DNA from: Octopus vulgaris
Lineage: Eukaryota
Assembly: GCA_951406725.2 (NCBI GenBank)
Contig: OX597819.1
Span: 15,748,001-15,812,000, forward strand
Direction: 5' to 3'
DNA length: 64,000 nucleotides
Shown here: positions 52,458 to 64,000 of the stretch, piece by piece
How positions within the stretch are numbered: position 1 is the first letter of the stretch
How the letters are laid out: every line of letters starts with the position of its first letter
Notes under the pieces: model-generated
What the model was told of the DNA's origin: nothing
Database searches by the model: none
Seen by the model: only the letters and a program-made list of their open reading frames with translations
Translations under genes and position numbers: made by a program

Positions 52458-54289
52458 GTGGGGTGTGACCAGCCCACTTATGAGTACACCTCATTCATTG
52501 GACAATAAACTTGGCTTGCGAAGACCTATTGAGGCAGGTGTAAATGAATCAAAATCGCTGACGTGGCCGATGACAATACTGCCTGATTGGCACTCATGCC
52601 AGTGGGACTTTAAAAGCACATCTGAGTGTGATCATTGCCAGCGCCATGGATTGGCTCCTGTGACGGTGACACATGAAAAGCACCATTCGAGTGTGATTGT
52701 TGCCAGCGTTGCCTTACCTCACATGTGCTGGTGGTACGTGAAGAACAACATTCGAGCGTGGTCATTGCCAGTGCTGCCGGACTGGCTCCCGTGCAGGTAG
52801 CATGTAAAAACACCTTTTGAGTGTGGTTGTTGCCAGAACTGCGTGACTGGCCCTTGTGCCGGTGGCACGTAAAAGCACCCACTACACTCTCGGAGTGGTT
52901 GGCATTAGGAAAGGCATCCAGCTGTAGAAACTTTGCGAAATCAGATTGAGCCTGGTGCAGTCTTCTGGCTCACCAGTCCTCAGTCAAACTGTCCAACCCA
53001 TGCCAGCAAGGAAAGTGGATGTTAAACGATGGAGATGATGATGTTATTATTTCATTTCTATTTCACTCCTATTGTATCCAGCAAAATATGTCTTATCATA
53101 CTTGGGCTTGTATCAGTTATGAAGAAGTTTTGTTCCCTGGATAGTAAAGTGTAATTTGTTCAGAAAGATTTTGAACTGAGCTGTGTAAATAAACGGCCAC
53201 TTCTATGTCATACAGTGCTTGTTACATCTGGGAGGACTTCACCTTGTTATGGTATCTGATTCCCTTAACAAATGCACTTTTACTCTCCAAACTGAGTTGA
53301 TTTCTTACAACAGCGAACTTTATTTCACCATAATCCTTGTAGAAAGGTGCAAGGTTAGGTGGAGGTTTACCTCTTTACAGTAAGGTGGATTATATATAGC
53401 AGTGAACTGTTTCTCACATCATCATCGTCATCATTTAACAGCTGTTCTCCATGCTGGCACTGACTAGACAGTTCAACAGATGTTAGTGATCCAGAACACT
53501 GTGCCAAGCTCCAATGTCTGATTCGATAGGGTTGCCAATGTAGAATCTCCTTCCTAATGCCAACCACTTGACAGAGTGTACTGGGGGGGTTTTTATGTGG
53601 CACTGGCACCAGTGACGTTATCAAGCGACTTTCAAGAGAAGAACCCAGAAATGAAGTGGGGTGTAGTTTTGAGAGAGGCGGCTTTGTGCTTGGTGAAGAG
53701 AGAATGAAATATGGTTGAGGGATAGATAGAGGTGTGTTGTTACCCCTGTTGGAAAAAGATAAAAAAAAAGGTGTCAGGGTGTCCCCTCAACTTACAAAAT
53801 GGTGAATATAAGAGAAATGATAGAAAGGGTTGGGACAGAGTAAGTGGATAGGTGAGTTAAATCCACTGGAAGGAGAGAGGGACATGAGGATGGAGACGGT
53901 TCTACTTAAAGGATTGATGGATTGGGCACAGTGAATGGTTTTTAACTTGTCATATCCAGCAGTGAATACTCCTTTTCTTGGCCCCTCTTGAGAGAGGGGG
54001 TGAGGGTGGTATTGACCATTGAGGGGTCAAGATGTTTACTTCTCAGCATGTTTTGTTGTATGAGTTTATTTTAGAATTGTATTTCCCAGCATGGATTGAG
54101 ATATTGTCCCAGCATGCTCTGTAGCACAGTGTCCCAGCATGACTGGTGACTGGTTGTTGTAGCAGGACTTGTAACACAATCCCACTTTGTAAGTAATGTC
54201 CCTTCAGAAACTGACGATGTGTTATTGTTGCATGGAGTATTGTTTTGGCATGTGGTTTTCTTTTACAGTTCTATATTTGAGAGACGCGA

Positions 54290-54450
54290 AATTATTTACA
54301 TTATTTACATTATTTACATTTGACGGATATTTGTCCTCATCTTGTTTGTTGTTAACACAACGTTTCGGCTGATATACCCTCCAAGCCTTCACCAGGTGCC
54401 TTGGGGAAATTTCGAACCTGGGTTCTCATTGCTAAGGTATTTTTCGATGC

Positions 54451-54496
<46 letters not shown>

Positions 54497-54570
54497 GGTC
54501 ACTACCTGGAATCGAACTCTGAATATTGTAGTTAGTAGCCTGTGCTCTTAACCACTATACCATATGTCTT
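54290..54570 (-). mobile_element. Family H element, left arm of inverted pair (hammerhead motif 54354-54400)
   Basis: Minus-strand core ggcac-CUGGUGA...CAGCC-GAAAC-GUU-guguu (A6 to G). Confidence 0.85.
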
Positions 54571-54659
54571 CGGGCATATGGCGTAGTGGTTAATGAAATC
54601 GAACTTGGAATCTTGGGGTTAGTAGCCCGCGCTCTTAACCACTACGCCTTATATCCACG

Positions 54660-54751
54660 GGCGTATGGCGTAGTGGTTAAGAGCGCGGGCTACTAACCTC
54701 AAGATTCAGAGTTCGATTCCAGGCAGTGACCTGAATAACAATAACAACAAC

Positions 54752-54788
<37 letters not shown>

Positions 54789-54930
54789 TCGAAAAATACC
54801 TTAAGAATGAGAACCCAGGTTTGAAATTTCCCCAAGGCACCTGATGAAGGCTGGAATCAGGTGAAACGCTGTGTTAACAACAAACAAAATGAGGACAAAT
54901 ATCCGTCAAATGTAAATAATGTAAATAATT
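54660..54930 (+). mobile_element. Family H element, right arm of inverted pair (hammerhead motif 54836-54875)
   Basis: A-box TGGCGTAGTGG, B-box GAGTTCGATTCC, (AAT)n, ggcac-CTGATGA-aggctggaatcaggt-GAAAC-GCT-gtgtt and tail (tgtaaataa)2. Confidence 0.87.
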
Positions 54931-55073
54931 GTTTTCTGTTGTTTTACCATCCTCATTGCCCATCACCACCATCATCATTCTCACCATTATCACCACTACC
55001 ATCACCATCATTACTGCACCCTCCCCCACTGTTGTTAACACCATCTTATTTTCTCCATTTCTGTCTTTTTTAG

Positions 55074-56215
55074 ATGATGATGAAGATATTTGGCCCATTG
55101 ACTTGGACAGATTCGGCATTCCTCCAACTATGCGCACCCCTAGCACATCTTCACCTGTAGATGGCAGCACCCTCAAACGGTTCTCAGTCCGTAAGCAGTG
55201 TGACGTCGAGTTATATAACATGGCAGCCATATTAGCAGTTTTCGGTGCTGGCTATGACATTCGTATCTCCAACAAGGGTGCTGTGCATCCTAATGCACAC
55301 ACCCCCACTGACAGTTCACCATGGAGAAGTGCTAATGAGGGTCGTGTAGGGCCTGCTAGGAAGGATTCCACTTATAAAGGACAGGATCCTTATTTCCCTC
55401 CTATGTGGAACCAGGTTGCCTCTGCAACTGAAGGCGATTACAAAGCTCCATCTGGTGGTCATAATTCATATACTCACAACACCTACCATGGCGTACCAAC
55501 ACGTTACCGTCCAACTCCAAGTTTCGACAAACCCATTCATTTTTGTGAACAGCCTTCTAGTGAGTTAAGTCAAAATGAAGCTGAGATGTACCCAGGTACA
55601 TCTCAAGCCTCTAGTGAATCAGTTTTAATAAATTTAGCATCCGAGAAGTACAATCCATCTGCCTTCCAGAGGCAGTCCTCTGAAGGTAGTAATTATGATT
55701 CTGCTCGGACTTCAAAACCCCCAAGCACACACCGTCTCTCTGTTACATTTGAAGACGAACAAAACCCTGATTACAAACTACCTACTTATACCCACAAACG
55801 TACACCGTCAAATACCTCCACTGCATCAAACCCTGCCCACGATTATGAGAGTTACCACCTCACTGAACGGTGGGTACAGGACACGCAACCCCTACCTCCA
55901 AAGTGGGGATACAGTTCAAGGCCTGTTGAACCACCCTCAACTCTGGACCTCGGTCGTCAACCGACCCCATCGGGATGGTACTCTAATCAACCGCATGCAC
56001 CTTACACACAAAGGCGTGATTCACCGTATGAATCTACTCCTTATGGATCGACTCGGTCCAGACTCTCGCCTGGCAACATCTCTCCACATAACCTCCTTGA
56101 TATTGATGTGGAGGGTCAAAGCCAAGACAGTACTCAGCCCCTTATGGAATCACAAATGATGTACTCTAGAAACCGTGTCCCTAATATATCTGAGCTGGAG
56201 AAAGAATTTTTATAA
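55074..56215 (+). CDS. MLK (MAP3K9/10/11): MLK terminal coding exon: Ser/Pro-rich C-terminal tail
   Basis: Polypyrimidine tract plus tAG at 55072-73, in phase with the previous exon; open to TAA at 56213-15. Contains ELYNMAAILAVFGAGYDI and LLDIDVEGQSQDSTQPL, matching conserved MLK C-terminal motifs. The seven exons total 2189 nt (2 nt + 729 codons). Confidence 0.93.
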
Positions 56216-57532
56216 TTGATAGCAACAACAACAACAACAATAATTTTATCAGTGATGATGATAAAGATAATTATTTTAATATTAACAATTCTGTTATAAA
56301 TATTATGTTATTAACTAATGATTAATGGTTCTCTATTCACCAGTCTTCTGTGGTGGTGGTGGTGGGGGGGGGGTCATAACTATATTGTTTGAACAGCAGA
56401 GAAAACTCCCATCTGTTGTTTCACCTTGATGATAATAATGATGAAGATGATGATAACAGTGTTAATGTTGGTGATGATGATTTTGGTAATGATGATGATG
56501 ATGATGATGGTGGTGATGATAGTTTTTGTATATAAAACATCAATTAACAGTAAACTTCAGTCTCCTAACTGTAAAACTCATTATGAAAACATGTCAAAAA
56601 AATTAAGCCCCAACGCTCTAGCACCTCCTTACTCATTCATCTTACACTTGTCAGTTGATTGGATGATGAGAGAAGGAAGATGAGTGTTAACCTGGATAGG
56701 GAATTGAAAGAGGGGTCATTCCTCATCCCAAATGTCACACTTCTTAATTGTACTGATCAACTATATAACCACATATATTGTTCTTGTTTTATTTTACTAA
56801 TTATTTATCTCTTTTAGTGGGTTGGATAGTTCTACAAAGTTTTGGATATCTATATTTATAAAAAATAATCTTAATAAGAGTTGTAGGGATTTTCTGAACA
56901 ACTCTTAACCATGTCATTTAGGGTTTGCTTTTGTCTACTCTAAATTCCACATACTGTTGTGATCAGGCTCAGCTGTGATATGCCTTAGCTCAGTACAAAG
57001 GCTGGAATGGCATTAACTACTGAGGTAGTTTCACTGAAGCAAGAAGAGTGGTGTGTCTTGTCTAAGGAGCACAACACAATGATAGCTATGTTACTCTGCT
57101 AGCTAGACTGTCAGTTATGGAGAGTGGTGTGTCTTGTCTAGTGGCAGCTGGTTGACTTTGGGAAGTAAACTGGATATTCTATGACAACTCACACACACAC
57201 ACACACACATATTGTCATGAGGTGTGTTCCCCCCCACCACTGTCATCATCATCATCATCATATCATGATGTATTAAGAATAATAGTCATCATCATCCGCA
57301 TAGCAGTCACTGTTCATTATCATCATCGTCTACAATTTATCAGTGCGTGTATGCGCATACGTGTATACATGTGCACCAAGATACATAGGCACATATATAT
57401 GCGTATATGTGCATACATATATACACACCTGTGTATACACACCACATTCCCAGGTATTTTATTTATTTTATATATTATTTTTGTTCATTCCTCTCCTACC
57501 CAATTGTATACATGCCACCTTACCAACTCTGT

Positions 57533-57575
<43 letters not shown>

Positions 57576-57599
57576 AGCTCTATTTATCATCTTGGGGCC

Positions 57600-57703
57600 T
57601 TTGTATATATATATACATATATATATAAATATATATTTATATACTTATAAATATACATATATATATACATAAACACACATATATGTATATATACATATAT
57701 AAA

Positions 57704-57752
<49 letters not shown>

Positions 57753-58145
57753 ACAAGAGTATATCATTAAGGGTTCAATTTCATTTCTTCCTTCCTTTGA
57801 CCAGCATTTGTGAAGTAGAGCCAGCACACACATGCATACACACACACACAAGTATATACATATTGTGTGTTTTATTGTCAGCCTACGCTCTAAGAATACA
57901 AAAAAAATATTTTTGAAACCTTGAAAATTATAAATGTTATAAAAAAAAATTATGGAAATATTTTTGATTTTTGTGATTAATAATATTCTGCTGACTCAAT
58001 GTATATATATATGTATATATACATATATATGTATGTATATATGCATATATACATATATATGTATATATATATGCATATATACATATATATGTATATATAT
58101 ATATGTATGTATATATATGTATACATGTATATATATACGTGTACA

Positions 58146-58224
<79 letters not shown>

Positions 58225-58260
58225 CTATATATAAATGTATATATATGTACACAAACACAC
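57600..58260. repeat. TA/TG-rich microsatellite cluster
   Basis: Direct inspection. Confidence 0.9.
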
Positions 58261-58776
58261 ACCCCACACACATTCTGGTGGAGTGTTTGTATGGTATTTC
58301 TCGGAGCAACTGCTACTACACCCTGATGCTCCTCTGATCCCTAATTTCTGTCCCTGGGAGAACAACCTGTTTACAATGTTTGTCAGCCACGATGGCTGAA
58401 GTAGAGTTTATTGAAAAGGCACTTTAATCTGTATATACTTTTATCACAAAACCTGTTTTTTTTTTTTTTTGTTTACTCTTTTGATACAAATATGTAAATT
58501 TTTCAAATTATTATTATTATTTATTATTATTATTAGTATTATTTAAATTTTTTTCACTGATCTGCGAGATACATCAAAGTTATCTTTTCTAACATCAAAA
58601 AGAATGTTTTTTTTTAATGTGCCTATGTCTATCTTTACAACTAATTTGTCAACGTCTTCATAAGCAGTGTTTCTCTTCTCATTTAAGTTGTACCGGCCAT
58701 TTCATATCAAATGATGAACATGTTTGTATGCCATTATGGTTTTTCATCATCATCATCATTATCAGCATCATCAGCC

Positions 58777-58825
<49 letters not shown>

Positions 58826-59279
58826 CAACTATTATGAAGATGGTGATGGATTAGCAGAATTGATGGAGCATCGAACAAAATGCTTTGTGGTATTCAGTTG
58901 TGTCCCTGTATGCTCTGAGTTCAAACCATTCTGATGTCAGTAAAGTGAATACCAGTAAAATTGTAGGGTCAATAGGATTGACTCCTCCTCCTCCTAAACT
59001 TGAAGCCCTGACCTGGTCATAGAGATCATTATCAATGAATGGCAGATGGTAGAACCAGTTGAGTGGTTGACACAAAGTCTTGCAGTGTTTCGTTATTTCC
59101 TTCTTAAGTTTTGAGTTCAAATCCTACAATAGTCAAAATGTGTCATTTGCCCTTTGTGGTTGGTTAAAAAAAAGATATTATTCATAATTTCAAGAGCTGA
59201 AATTCATTCTAATTAACTACATGTCTCTGACAAAAACCACTGACCAAAATGTCCCTATTATATATTATTATTATTATTA

Positions 59280-59670
59280 GGTGCAGGCATGGCTGTGTGG
59301 TTAGTAGCTTGCCTACCAACCACACGGTTCTAGGTTCAGTCCCACTGCATGGCACCTTGGGCAAGTGTCTTCTATTATAGCCTTGGGCCGACCAAAGCCT
59401 TGTGAGTGGATTTGGTAGATGGAAACTGAAAGAAGCCCATCGTATATATGTGTGTGTGTGTGTGTGTGTTTGTCTGTGTTTGTCCCTCCCAACATCGCTT
59501 AGCAACTGATTCTGGTGTGTTTACGTCCCTGTAACTTAGCAGTTTGGCAAAGAGACTAATAGAATAAGTTGTAGGCTTACAAAGAGTAAGTCCTAGGGTT
59601 GATTTTCTCGACTAAAGGTGGTGCTCCAGCACGGCCACAGTCAATTGACTGAAACAAATGAAAGAATAAC
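59280..59670 (+). mobile_element. SINE family A, full-length copy
   Basis: Collinear with 1872-2253. Confidence 0.87.
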
Positions 59671-60205
59671 AGAATTAGGATTGGCAGAATATTTCCCCAT
59701 TGTATTTCTTCTGGCCCTTTATATTTTAAGTTTGAATTGTACGGAGGTCAACTTTACCTGTCATCCTTCTGGGGCTGAGTAATGGTGTCGACGTAATTAA
59801 CTAAAACCTTCCCTCCGTCAAAGCTTGTGGCCTTTTCTCCATCTTATCATCATCATCACCATCATCACCATCATCATAATCATCATCATGCACTTCTACA
59901 GCAGTCATTAATACAGAAAGGGAAAAAGGTAACATGTAGGTTTTGGTGGGGGTTTTTTTTTTTTTTGTACCCCACTTCAGGACACATACACACATGTGTA
60001 TATATGTATATATGTGTGTGTAGGTATATGTATGTAAATATTTACTGTATTTTCCCTTTTTGTTTGATATTTTTTATACAAAAACATAGAGGGACGCAAC
60101 ACACACACACACATACACACATGTTGGAAGGAGTATGTTTGAGTTACTTATGATTGTATGTGAGTACATAATCCATTGACTTGCATGCACACACCTATAT
60201 GTATG

Positions 60206-60274
<69 letters not shown>

Positions 60275-60362
60275 ACAGATATACATATATCAAATTATAA
60301 ATGAATGGTTAAGGTTTTAATATAACTCAAATAATATGGCTCAAACATTAACTTAAGACAGT

Positions 60363-60393
<31 letters not shown>

Positions 60394-61785
60394 AAAAATA
60401 ACTTTTTCTTAGTGAACATTTTAAAATTCTTTATTCCACATATCAAAAACATGATCTTCGACTGGGAAGCAATTGCGTAACAATGATCTGGTGTTGACAC
60501 TGATTGTGTCTACATATCTTGGAACATTTTGTTAAGAGATATTGTACACCTCACCTCATCCTACCTGCTATTGATCTCCAACTTTGTATTGGTCTGTTTA
60601 ACAAAATATACCCTTGAACAGTAGTGAAAACCCCAAAAGATTTCACTGCAGGTTAAGCATCAACACCTGTGTATGCCACTGCTGTTTGCTAACCTCTTTG
60701 TATATACTTTACACTGTGAAGTTTAGAAAACAAATTAGCTAAAACAAAAGCCAGTATCCTTGTTTTGTAATGTGCCATCATTGTGATGTTTCTAAAGGAA
60801 AATCTTGTGGAGTTTTTTTACAGCCAAGATTGGTCTTGGTAGCACTAAGTGTGACAATTACTCTGTGTGTATGTACATGTATGCATGTATGTACACACCT
60901 ACAAGGACATTTGTGTGTGTGTGTGTGTGTGTGTGTGATTTGTTTTTAACAGTGGAACTCAAAGTAGGTAAAGCTATCCAAAGGGCTTTACATACTACTA
61001 TATAGCTTTATCTACTTCGAGCACCACTGTTAAAAATGAATTCATGCCCCTTGAAATTTCTAAATTCTTATGATGTAAATATGTGCGCATATGTGCAGCT
61101 GTGTATTTCTGTATCTAAGATATTCTGTTTTCTAATCACTTGTAACAATACTCGTTTGTGTGTGTAATCATAAATATTAATTGGTCTTGATGAAAGAAGG
61201 CCAGTTTAATCTGTGGGACTCCTTAAGCTTCTTTGCTGCCACCTGATTGTTCTCCTGTCTCGCTGCAGACTTCAGGAACAGTTTAGGTTGACATGTGTTG
61301 CAGAAGAACCCATAGTGAGTTTTCATCAGACCAGAAGCCTCTTCTGAATGCTTGTCCCACAACGAACCCTATACTAAAGGGACCCAGTTGCCTGAGAGTG
61401 ATGTTAAATGGGTTGATGAATTAAATTTACCCTGCCCACCCTTAACATGAAATTCTTGTTGTTTAGCTGCCAGGCCAGTCTTGATGCAGCAGTTACATGA
61501 TCAAAGACATTCCACCCTTGACCATCACATCTTTTATTCATATATACTATATTGAAAAATGCATTATTCAGTGTGTCATTTTTTTTCCCAGACTGTAAAT
61601 CAGTGTGTCATTTTTTTTCCCAGAATGTAAATTTGGAGATTTTGCTACTCTTTCTAGCAGGTTGTTGGACTTAATATAGGCTACCTCTAAATACGGTAGT
61701 TATGTAAGCAACAAAACCTCCTTTAGATAAAGAGGTGTCCCATCATGGAGTAGGTAAAAGATAACACACACACACACACACACGC

Positions 61786-61821
<36 letters not shown>

Positions 61822-62147
61822 TGGTGAACAGTATAATTTATTAATGGTTGACAAACTTTTTACAGGTATGGTTTACTAAAATGATAACACACCACCACCA
61901 CCACCACCACCATCATTGTTACTTGTGTCTGTGATTGTCGTAGTAATTATTATTGTTGAGTTAAACCCTCTCTACATTTATCTTCCAAGTTTATATTTCT
62001 TGGGTCATTGAGGTACCAGTCATATATTGGTATCAATTAAATTAATCAACACCCTTTCCTTGGTGCTGTGTCTATGTTAAAATTTAATTCTTCTTCTTTG
62101 TTGTCTTCGTCTCCTCCTCCTCCTCCTCATTATCATCATCATCATCA

Positions 62148-62185
<38 letters not shown>

Positions 62186-62459
62186 GTGGGTTTCCAGAAT
62201 TGGTAGAGCATCAAAGAAAATGCTTTGCAGTACTAGTTTTGGCCCCTTATATTCTGAGTTCAAATCGTACCAAAGCCAGACTTGCCTTTCATCCACTTCA
62301 GGGTTGATAACAATAAAACACCACTCAAGTACTCAGGTTGATGTAATCAACTACCCCCTCCCCTCAAAAATTACTGGCATTGTACCTAGATTAGAAAAAA
62401 AAAAATATATATTGATTGATTGTTACTGTACAGGTAAGCTTGCCAATGACATTGGTCTG

Positions 62460-62790
62460 TGTCTGCTGCTGCTGCTACTACTACTACTACAGGGACTAGA
62501 TTATGAATTTACTACTACTACTACTACTAATTTGATGCTGCTGCTTCTACTGTTATTGCGACTGTAGAATTACTGCTATAACATTACTGCTGCTACTACT
62601 ACTACTACTACTACTACTATGACTGCTGCTACAACTACATTGACTTCTAGAACCTTACTACTACTACTACTACTACTGCTGCTGCTGCTACTACTACCAT
62701 TACAATGACTACATCTTTTACATTACTGCTGCTGCTGCTGCTACTACTACTACTACTGCTGCTACTACTACTACTACTAGCACTGCTACT
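62460..62790. repeat. (CTA)n/(CTG)n trinucleotide repeat cluster
   Basis: Direct inspection. Confidence 0.9.
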
Positions 62791-62974
62791 GTCACCACTT
62801 TGATCAATCACTATGGCTTCACAAGCACAGCTCGTCACCCCCCTCCCCTTACTTGCCAATACTATAATCTCCATCCTCTACACCTGCTGCCACACCTCAC
62901 CTGTTATTTAACCATCCATTAACACAAGGTCAGTGTATCAGTTGATCGGGAAGCTTCAAGCAACAAGATGATGT

Positions 62975-63058
62975 CTGTCTGTGTGTGTGTGTGTGTATAT
63001 GCATATGCATGTGTCTTTCTACATATATAACTGTATAAGTCTATGTATGTATGTATGC

Positions 63059-63110
<52 letters not shown>

Positions 63111-63129
63111 GTGTATGTATGTATGAATG

Positions 63130-63169
<40 letters not shown>

Positions 63170-63445
63170 TATGTATGTAGATATATGTATGTATGTGTGT
63201 ATATATATGTGTATATATATATATATATATAGGTATGTATGTAGATATATGTATGTATGTGTGTATATATATGTGTATATATATATATATGTATGTGTGT
63301 ATATGTATGTATATATGTATGTATATGTATGTATGTATGTATGTGTGTATATATATGTGTATATATATATGTATGTATGTATATATATGTATGTATGTAT
63401 GTATATATGTATGTATGTATGTATATATGTATGTATGTGTGTGTG
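62975..63445. repeat. Compound (TA)n/(TATG)n microsatellite
   Basis: Direct inspection. Confidence 0.95.
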
Positions 63446-63446
63446 A

Positions 63447-63765
63447 AGGCGTGCAGCTCAGTAGTGAGGGTTTTCGGTTCATGATGGTGAGGTCGTGAAT
63501 TCGATTCCCAGCTGCACGTTGTCTCCTTGAGCAAGACACTTTGTTTCACCTCGCTCCAGTCCTCTCAGCTGGCAAACATGTCCTTTAAGAGGGGCCAGCC
63601 TTGTCGCACTCTGTCATTGCTGAACCTCCCCAAGAAGTACATTCAGGGTATGCATGTCTGCAGAGTGCTCAACCGCTTGCACGTTAATTTCACGAGCAGG
63701 TTGTTGCACTCCTCAGATTAACTGCAACACTCACCGTCATATCTGACCAAGTGCCAGTTATTCAA
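63447..63765 (+). mobile_element. SINE family D copy
   Basis: Collinear with 35690-36005; tRNA-like head ending gaattcgattccc. Confidence 0.75.
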
Positions 63766-63812
63766 TATATGTATATGCATGTGTATATGCATAGTTATGT
63801 GCAGTATGTACA

Positions 63813-63864
<52 letters not shown>

Positions 63865-64000
63865 CATATATATAGGTACATGTGTGTGTGTGAGTGTTTG
63901 TGTATGTATATATATGTACATATATCTATGTAAATATATATATGTATATATATTTATATGCATATGTGAGAGTATGTATATCATCTAATTTGCTTGTGCC

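Noticed and set aside
54660-54735. Functional tRNA gene (apparent ACT anticodon)
   Set aside because: No proper acceptor stem, and the sequence is the head of a dispersed repeat.
54929-55073. N-terminal 48 codons of the 428-aa ORF
   Set aside because: Intronic (CAT/CAC)n and polypyrimidine tract; coding starts at the 55074 acceptor.
55695-56159. 154-aa overlapping ORF
   Set aside because: Alternative frame of the MLK terminal exon with no independent support.
61177-61400. GC-richer unique segment with a 61-aa minus ORF and CTGATGA
   Set aside because: No recognisable protein motif, and no GAAA box to complete a hammerhead.
61569-61632. ~32-bp tandem duplication
   Set aside because: Ordinary slippage inside a dispersed repeat.

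Overview
AT-rich, microsatellite-saturated animal genomic DNA; the repeat landscape resembles an Octopus (coleoid cephalopod) genome, which is an inference. The only host gene I can support is the 3' part of a mixed-lineage kinase (MLK; MAP3K9/10/11/slipper family) on the + strand. Its seven phase-consistent coding exons (39996-56215) cover kinase subdomains VII-XI, the leucine zippers, CRIB and the C-terminal tail. I found no upstream exon in the first 40 kb, which is probably one giant intron. The rest is transposon debris: several tRNA-derived SINE families (some with clear TSDs), RTE and R4/RLE-type LINE fragments, Tc1, mariner and DD37D DNA transposons, a non-autonomous Helitron, a Gypsy-like LTR remnant, MITE/foldback hairpins and a 111-bp x6 array. 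The most notable observation is a dispersed element with a tRNA-like Pol III head fused to a Penelope-type minimal hammerhead ribozyme motif. It has 5 copies, two of which form a ~640-bp inverted repeat just upstream of the last MLK exon, and hammerhead-like remnants from other families also occur. Almost all listed ORFs are microsatellite artefacts.
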